Below, one piece after another: positions 34,462 through 35,104 of a stretch of DNA of 35,104 nt (the stretch's first letter is position 1; the number at the start of each line of letters is the position of its first letter). This DNA is from Candidatus Eiseniibacteriota bacterium (GTDB taxonomy: Bacteria > Eisenbacteria > RBG-16-71-46 > DASYSL01). The notes under the pieces were generated by a model, which was not told the origin of the DNA, did not search any database, and was given only the letters and a program-made list of their open reading frames with translations. The DNA lies in contig JBKJJJ010000186.1 in NCBI GenBank assembly GCA_046598045.1, positions 1-35,104 of the forward strand, in the 5' to 3' direction. The position numbers and the translations under genes are program-made.

Positions 34462-35104
34462 CGCGCGTCGCGCGCAGCGAGGAGCGCGTCACCATCGGCG
34501 AGCGCGCCGACGGATCGATCCTCACGCTGCCCGTGATCCGCTGGCAGGGCGAGGCGGGGCCGCACCTCTACATCGGCATCACGATCCATGGCGACGAGAT
34601 CACCGGCCAGGCGAGCCTGTGGCGCGTGGGCGCGTGGCTCGAGCAGAGCGCGATGTTCGGCAGCGTGACCGCGGTGCCGGTGCAGAACCCCGAGGGCTTC
34701 AACTACGCCGTGCGCGGCATTCCCGGCCGGACCGTCGACCCCAACCGCACCTACCCCGGCGATCACCAGGGGGAGACGATGGAGCGCATCACCGCCCGCC
34801 TGACCGATGCGGCGATCGCGGCTGACGCGGCGATCGACGTGCACACCGCCGGCTGGGCCATGCCCTACGTGCTGCTCGACCCCGTGACGGATGCGGCGCT
34901 CGCCGAGAAGACGCGCGGGCTGGCCCGCGCCACCGGGATCACGCTGATCGAGGAGTTCGCCAGCGACGACTACGAGAAGGAGGGGCTCGCCGCCTCGCTG
35001 CCGCCGGCCGTGCTGGCGGCGGGCAAGCCGGCGTTCACGCTCGAACTGGGCGGCCACGGGCACATCGAGTGGACGCACGTCGAGGCCGGCGCGGTCGCCC
35101 TGAG
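34458..35104 (+). CDS. Succinylglutamate desuccinylase/aspartoacylase (peptidase M14-like) family protein, truncated by the window end
   Basis: Hand translation from ATG 34458 (ATGA overlap with folE): MTRVARSEE...IHGDEITG...PVQNPEGF...DPNRTYPG...IDVHT...FTLELGG; absent from the ORF track because no stop is reached. Confidence 0.85.
   Translation, partial: MTRVARSEERVTIGERADGSILTLPVIRWQGEAGPHLYIGITIHGDEITGQASLWRVGAWLEQSAMFGSVTAVPVQNPEGFNYAVRGIPGRTVDPNRTYPGDHQGETMERITARLTDAAIAADAAIDVHTAGWAMPYVLLDPVTDAALAEKTRGLARATGITLIEEFASDDYEKEGLAASLPPAVLAAGKPAFTLELGGHGHIEWTHVEAGAVAL

Overview
High-GC (roughly 70%), gene-dense chromosomal segment of a diderm bacterium, judged from an outer-membrane beta-barrel, lipoproteins and a TolB-like protein. 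I see no rRNA, tRNA, CRISPR array, integrase or transposase. Most of the window is housekeeping or envelope content: moaA, an SbcD/SbcC(YhaO/YhaN)-like nuclease-ATPase pair, an Eis-like GNAT, a solo PD-(D/E)XK Fe-S nuclease, WecA/GT2 glycosyltransferases, an A-type Fe-S carrier, TolB-like/TPR/YihY genes, tldD-tldE, arginase, an nfeD-stomatin operon, DinB-like genes, an APC-USP transporter, an ECF sigma/anti-sigma pair, folE and a truncated M14 hydrolase. The standout is 20683-24113. A consensus sigma-54 promoter (TGGCAC-N5-TTGCT), preceded by a long inverted repeat, sits upstream of four closely spaced small ORFs that share a ~22-residue amphipathic helical core. Three of them have Sec-type signal peptides and Pro-rich tails; the fourth is a 33-aa core-only peptide missing from the ORF track. 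The array converges on a GAF/sigma-54 enhancer-binding protein with an atypical C-terminus. I interpret it as a candidate undescribed sigma-54-regulated secreted peptide system. All family calls come from motif recognition by eye; no database search was run.
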